A program made the translations under genes and the position numbers. Below are positions 57,601-64,000 of a DNA stretch of 64,000 nucleotides, piece by piece. The first letter of the stretch is position 1. Each line of letters starts with the position of its first letter. Source of the DNA: Squalus acanthias. Its lineage: Eukaryota. The DNA is taken from NCBI GenBank assembly GCA_030390025.1, contig CM059438.1, positions 57,104,001-57,168,000 on the forward strand. Direction: 5' to 3'. Below the pieces are notes generated by a model that was given only the letters and a program-made list of their open reading frames with translations, did no database searches and was not told the origin of the DNA.

Positions 57601-60600
57601 TCCCACTATAAATGAGTGTGACAGCAGTGTGTTTAATCCCACTATAAATGAGTGTGACAGCAGTGTGTTTAATCCCACTATAAATGAGTGTGACAGCAGT
57701 GTGTTTAATCCCACTATAAATGAGTGTGACAGCAGTGTGTTTAATCCCACTATAAATGAGTGTGACAGCAGTGTGTTTAATCCCACTATAAATGAGTGTG
57801 ACAGCAGTGTGTTTAATCCCACTATAAATGAGTGTGACAGCAGTGTGTTTAATCCCACTATAAATGAGTGTGACAGCAGTGTGTTTAATCCCACTATAAA
57901 TGAGTGTGACAGCAGTGTGTTTAATCCCACTATAAATGAGTGTGACAGCAGTGTGTTTAATCCCACTATAAATGAGTGTGACAGCAGTGTGTTTAATCCC
58001 ACTATAAATGAGTGTGACAGCAGTGTGTTTAATCCCACTATAAATGAGTGTGACAGCAGTGTGTTTAATCCCACTATAAATGAGTGTGACAGCAGTGTGT
58101 TTAATCCCACTATAAATGAGTGTGACAGCAGTGTGTTTAATCCCACTATAAATGAGTGTGACAGCAGTGTGTTTAATCCCACTATAAATGAGTGTGACAG
58201 CAGTGTGTTTAATCCCACTATAAATGAGTGTGACAGCAGTGTGTTTAATCCCACTATAAATGAGTGTGACAGCAGTGTGTTTAATCCCACTATAAATGAG
58301 TGTGACAGCAGTGTGTTTAATCCCACTATAAATGAGTGTGACAGCAGTGTGTTTAATCCCACTATAAATGAGTGTGACAGCAGTGTGTTTAATCCCACTA
58401 TAAATGAGTGTGACAGCAGTGTGTTTAATCCCACTATAAATGAGTGTGACAGCAGTGTGTTTAATCCCACTATAAATGAGTGTGACAGCAGTGTGTTTAA
58501 TCCCACTATAAATGAGTGTGACAGCAGTGTGTTTAATCCCACTATAAATGAGTGTGACAGCAGTGTGTTTAATCCCACTATAAATGAGTGTGACAGCAGT
58601 GTGTTTAATCCCACTATAAATGAGTGTGACAGCAGTGTGTTTAATCCCACTATAAATGAGTGTGACAGCAGTGTGTTTAATCCCACTATAAATGAGTGTG
58701 ACAGCAGTGTGTTTAATCCCACTATAAATGAGTGTGACAGCAGTGTGTTTAATCCCACTATAAATGAGTGTGACAGCAGTGTGTTTAATCCCACTATAAA
58801 TGAGTGTGACAGCAGTGTGTTTAATCCCACTATAAATGAGTGTGACAGCAGTGTGTTTAATCCCACTATAAATGAGTGTGACAGCAGTGTGTTTAATCCC
58901 ACTATAAATGAGTGTGACAGCAGTGTGTTTAATCCCACTATAAATGAGTGTGACAGCAGTGTGTTTAATCCCACTATAAATGAGTGTGACAGCAGTGTGT
59001 TTAATCCCACTATAAATGAGTGTGACAGCAGTGTGTTTAATCCCACTATAAATGAGTGTGACAGCAGTGTGTTTAATCCCACTATAAATGAGTGTGACAG
59101 CAGTGTGTTTAATCCCACTATAAATGAGTGTGACAGCAGTGTGTTTAATCCCACTATAAATGAGTGTGACAGCAGTGTGTTTAATCCCACTATAAATGAG
59201 TGTGACAGCAGTGTGTTTAATCCCACTATAAATGAGTGTGACAGCAGTGTGTTTAATCCCACTATAAATGAGTGTGACAGCAGTGTGTTTAATCCCACTA
59301 TAAATGAGTGTGACAGCAGTGTGTTTAATCCCACTATAAATGAGTGTGACAGCAGTGTGTTTAATCCCACTATAAATGAGTGTGACAGCAGTGTGTTTAA
59401 TCCCACTATAAATGAGTGTGACAGCAGTGTGTTTAATCCCACTATAAATGAGTGTGACAGCAGTGTGTTTAATCCCACTATAAATGAGTGTGACAGCAGT
59501 GTGTTTAATCCCACTATAAATGAGTGTGACAGCAGTGTGTTTAATCCCACTATAAATGAGTGTGACAGCAGTGTGTTTAATCCCACTATAAATGAGTGTG
59601 ACAGCAGTGTGTTTAATCCCACTATAAATGAGTGTGACAGCAGTGTGTTTAATCCCACTATAAATGAGTGTGACAGCAGTGTGTTTAATCCCACTATAAA
59701 TGAGTGTGACAGCAGTGTGTTTAATCCCACTATAAATGAGTGTGACAGCAGTGTGTTTAATCCCACTATAAATGAGTGTGACAGCAGTGTGTTTAATCCC
59801 ACTATAAATGAGTGTGACAGCAGTGTGTTTAATCCCACTATAAATGAGTGTGACAGCAGTGTGTTTAATCCCACTATAAATGAGTGTGACAGCAGTGTGT
59901 TTAATCCCACTATAAATGAGTGTGACAGCAGTGTGTTTAATCCCACTATAAATGAGTGTGACAGCAGTGTGTTTAATCCCACTATAAATGAGTGTGACAG
60001 CAGTGTGTTTAATCCCACTATAAATGAGTGTGACAGCAGTGTGTTTAATCCCACTATAAATGAGTGTGACAGCAGTGTGTTTAATCCCACTATAAATGAG
60101 TGTGACAGCAGTGTGTTTAATCCCACTATAAATGAGTGTGACAGCAGTGTGTTTAATCCCACTATAAATGAGTGTGACAGCAGTGTGTTTAATCCCACTA
60201 TAAATGAGTGTGACAGCAGTGTGTTTAATCCCACTATAAATGAGTGTGACAGCAGTGTGTTTAATCCCACTATAAATGAGTGTGACAGCAGTGTGTTTAA
60301 TCCCACTATAAATGAGTGTGACAGCAGTGTGTTTAATCCCACTATAAATGAGTGTGACAGCAGTGTGTTTAATCCCACTATAAATGAGTGTGACAGCAGT
60401 GTGTTTAATCCCACTATAAATGAGTGTGACAGCAGTGTGTTTAATCCCACTATAAATGAGTGTGACAGCAGTGTGTTTAATCCCACTATAAATGAGTGTG
60501 ACAGCAGTGTGTTTAATCCCACTATAAATGAGTGTGACAGCAGTGTGTTTAATCCCACTATAAATGAGTGTGACAGCAGTGTGTTTAATCCCACTATAAA

Positions 60601-63600
60601 TGAGTGTGACAGCAGTGTGTTTAATCCCACTATAAATGAGTGTGACAGCAGTGTGTTTAATCCCACTATAAATGAGTGTGACAGCAGTGTGTTTAATCCC
60701 ACTATAAATGAGTGTGACAGCAGTGTGTTTAATCCCACTATAAATGAGTGTGACAGCAGTGTGTTTAATCCCACTATAAATGAGTGTGACAGCAGTGTGT
60801 TTAATCCCACTATAAATGAGTGTGACAGCAGTGTGTTTAATCCCACTATAAATGAGTGTGACAGCAGTGTGTTTAATCCCACTATAAATGAGTGTGACAG
60901 CAGTGTGTTTAATCCCACTATAAATGAGTGTGACAGCAGTGTGTTTAATCCCACTATAAATGAGTGTGACAGCAGTGTGTTTAATCCCACTATAAATGAG
61001 TGTGACAGCAGTGTGTTTAATCCCACTATAAATGAGTGTGACAGCAGTGTGTTTAATCCCACTATAAATGAGTGTGACAGCAGTGTGTTTAATCCCACTA
61101 TAAATGAGTGTGACAGCAGTGTGTTTAATCCCACTATAAATGAGTGTGACAGCAGTGTGTTTAATCCCACTATAAATGAGTGTGACAGCAGTGTGTTTAA
61201 TCCCACTATAAATGAGTGTGACAGCAGTGTGTTTAATCCCACTATAAATGAGTGTGACAGCAGTGTGTTTAATCCCACTATAAATGAGTGTGACAGCAGT
61301 GTGTTTAATCCCACTATAAATGAGTGTGACAGCAGTGTGTTTAATCCCACTATAAATGAGTGTGACAGCAGTGTGTTTAATCCCACTATAAATGAGTGTG
61401 ACAGCAGTGTGTTTAATCCCACTATAAATGAGTGTGACAGCAGTGTGTTTAATCCCACTATAAATGAGTGTGACAGCAGTGTGTTTAATCCCACTATAAA
61501 TGAGTGTGACAGCAGTGTGTTTAATCCCACTATAAATGAGTGTGACAGCAGTGTGTTTAATCCCACTATAAATGAGTGTGACAGCAGTGTGTTTAATCCC
61601 ACTATAAATGAGTGTGACAGCAGTGTGTTTAATCCCACTATAAATGAGTGTGACAGCAGTGTGTTTAATCCCACTATAAATGAGTGTGACAGCAGTGTGT
61701 TTAATCCCACTATAAATGAGTGTGACAGCAGTGTGTTTAATCCCACTATAAATGAGTGTGACAGCAGTGTGTTTAATCCCACTATAAATGAGTGTGACAG
61801 CAGTGTGTTTAATCCCACTATAAATGAGTGTGACAGCAGTGTGTTTAATCCCACTATAAATGAGTGTGACAGCAGTGTGTTTAATCCCACTATAAATGAG
61901 TGTGACAGCAGTGTGTTTAATCCCACTATAAATGAGTGTGACAGCAGTGTGTTTAATCCCACTATAAATGAGTGTGACAGCAGTGTGTTTAATCCCACTA
62001 TAAATGAGTGTGACAGCAGTGTGTTTAATCCCACTATAAATGAGTGTGACAGCAGTGTGTTTAATCCCACTATAAATGAGTGTGACAGCAGTGTGTTTAA
62101 TCCCACTATAAATGAGTGTGACAGCAGTGTGTTTAATCCCACTATAAATGAGTGTGACAGCAGTGTGTTTAATCCCACTATAAATGAGTGTGACAGCAGT
62201 GTGTTTAATCCCACTATAAATGAGTGTGACAGCAGTGTGTTTAATCCCACTATAAATGAGTGTGACAGCAGTGTGTTTAATCCCACTATAAATGAGTGTG
62301 ACAGCAGTGTGTTTAATCCCACTATAAATGAGTGTGACAGCAGTGTGTTTAATCCCACTATAAATGAGTGTGACAGCAGTGTGTTTAATCCCACTATAAA
62401 TGAGTGTGACAGCAGTGTGTTTAATCCCACTATAAATGAGTGTGACAGCAGTGTGTTTAATCCCACTATAAATGAGTGTGACAGCAGTGTGTTTAATCCC
62501 ACTATAAATGAGTGTGACAGCAGTGTGTTTAATCCCACTATAAATGAGTGTGACAGCAGTGTGTTTAATCCCACTATAAATGAGTGTGACAGCAGTGTGT
62601 TTAATCCCACTATAAATGAGTGTGACAGCAGTGTGTTTAATCCCACTATAAATGAGTGTGACAGCAGTGTGTTTAATCCCACTATAAATGAGTGTGACAG
62701 CAGTGTGTTTAATCCCACTATAAATGAGTGTGACAGCAGTGTGTTTAATCCCACTATAAATGAGTGTGACAGCAGTGTGTTTAATCCCACTATAAATGAG
62801 TGTGACAGCAGTGTGTTTAATCCCACTATAAATGAGTGTGACAGCAGTGTGTTTAATCCCACTATAAATGAGTGTGACAGCAGTGTGTTTAATCCCACTA
62901 TAAATGAGTGTGACAGCAGTGTGTTTAATCCCACTATAAATGAGTGTGACAGCAGTGTGTTTAATCCCACTATAAATGAGTGTGACAGCAGTGTGTTTAA
63001 TCCCACTATAAATGAGTGTGACAGCAGTGTGTTTAATCCCACTATAAATGAGTGTGACAGCAGTGTGTTTAATCCCACTATAAATGAGTGTGACAGCAGT
63101 GTGTTTAATCCCACTATAAATGAGTGTGACAGCAGTGTGTTTAATCCCACTATAAATGAGTGTGACAGCAGTGTGTTTAATCCCACTATAAATGAGTGTG
63201 ACAGCAGTGTGTTTAATCCCACTATAAATGAGTGTGACAGCAGTGTGTTTAATCCCACTATAAATGAGTGTGACAGCAGTGTGTTTAATCCCACTATAAA
63301 TGAGTGTGACAGCAGTGTGTTTAATCCCACTATAAATGAGTGTGACAGCAGTGTGTTTAATCCCACTATAAATGAGTGTGACAGCAGTGTGTTTAATCCC
63401 ACTATAAATGAGTGTGACAGCAGTGTGTTTAATCCCACTATAAATGAGTGTGACAGCAGTGTGTTTAATCCCACTATAAATGAGTGTGACAGCAGTGTGT
63501 TTAATCCCACTATAAATGAGTGTGACAGCAGTGTGTTTAATCCCACTATAAATGAGTGTGACAGCAGTGTGTTTAATCCCACTATAAATGAGTGTGACAG

Positions 63601-64000
63601 CAGTGTGTTTAATCCCACTATAAATGAGTGTGACAGCAGTGTGTTTAATCCCACTATAAATGAGTGTGACAGCAGTGTGTTTAATCCCACTATAAATGAG
63701 TGTGACAGCAGTGTGTTTAATCCCACTATAAATGAGTGTGACAGCAGTGTGTTTAATCCCACTATAAATGAGTGTGACAGCAGTGTGTTTAATCCCACTA
63801 TAAATGAGTGTGACAGCAGTGTGTTTAATCCCACTATAAATGAGTGTGACAGCAGTGTGTTTAATCCCACTATAAATGAGTGTGACAGCAGTGTGTTTAA
63901 TCCCACTATAAATGAGTGTGACAGCAGTGTGTTTAATCCCACTATAAATGAGTGTGACAGCAGTGTGTTTAATCCCACTATAAATGAGTGTGACAGCAGT
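12605..64000. repeat. Apparently invariant core of the array, about 1,427 consecutive identical 36-bp units
   Basis: The line phase does not change from 12,601 to the end. The minus-strand ORF 12598..63978 translates as an unbroken VGLNTLLSHSFI repeat, which excludes frameshifts and non-synonymous changes in that frame. An isolated synonymous change could have been missed by eye. Confidence 0.93.

Larger units (their letters stand above)
1..64000. repeat. Tandem array (satellite/minisatellite-type) of the 36-bp unit GCAGTGTGTTTAATCCCACTATAAATGAGTGTGACA, about 1,780 copies in one orientation, running off both window edges
   Basis: Seen directly: the unit at 1-36 recurs head-to-tail to position 64,000, and the 60-nt lines cycle every 3 lines (180 bp = 5 units). 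All ORF translations are 12-aa periodic. Unit composition is A11 T11 G8 C6. Copy number is 64,000/36. Confidence 0.99.

Noticed and set aside
201..63978. ORF-track entries as protein-coding genes, including the 17,126-aa, 1,889-aa and 1,886-aa ORFs
   Set aside because: They are pure 12-aa repeats that overlap on both strands, mostly begin at internal GTG codons, and are bounded only by indels in the array. They have no unique domain, ribosome-binding site or synonymous variation.
1..64000. CRISPR array (36 bp is a common repeat length)
   Set aside because: There are no variable spacers, leader or cas genes, and the units are directly adjacent and identical.
1..64000. G-quadruplex or i-motif array
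   Set aside because: There is only one GGG run per 36 bp on the minus strand, with 33-nt loops, so a stable structure is unlikely.
12605..64000. 180-bp higher-order repeat or nucleosome-length monomer
   Set aside because: The 180-bp cycle is only the common multiple of the 36-bp unit and the 60-nt line width. No variants define a higher-order unit.

Overview
The whole 64-kb window is one head-to-tail tandem array of a 36-bp unit, GCAGTGTGTTTAATCCCACTATAAATGAGTGTGACA (about 1,780 copies; 14/36 G+C; no CpG in the consensus). There is no unique sequence, inversion, spacer or insertion. Purity follows a steep gradient. Positions 1-710 carry many mixed substitutions and indels, 711-12,604 carry sparse deletions almost all in the CCC run, and 12,605-64,000 shows no visible variant. 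The ORFs in the track are by-products of a unit length divisible by 3 with three stop-free frames, so I call no genes, RNA genes, mobile elements or CRISPR arrays. The simplest reading is a satellite or minisatellite array (or a rolling-circle or assembly concatemer) at a low-coverage contig end. Several properties of the unit are reported as hypotheses only: endless reading frames on both strands, an exact ATG-to-TAA 11-codon minigene, a sigma70-like -35/-10 pair, and a hairpin resembling a type I-C CRISPR repeat. The source organism cannot be determined from this window.
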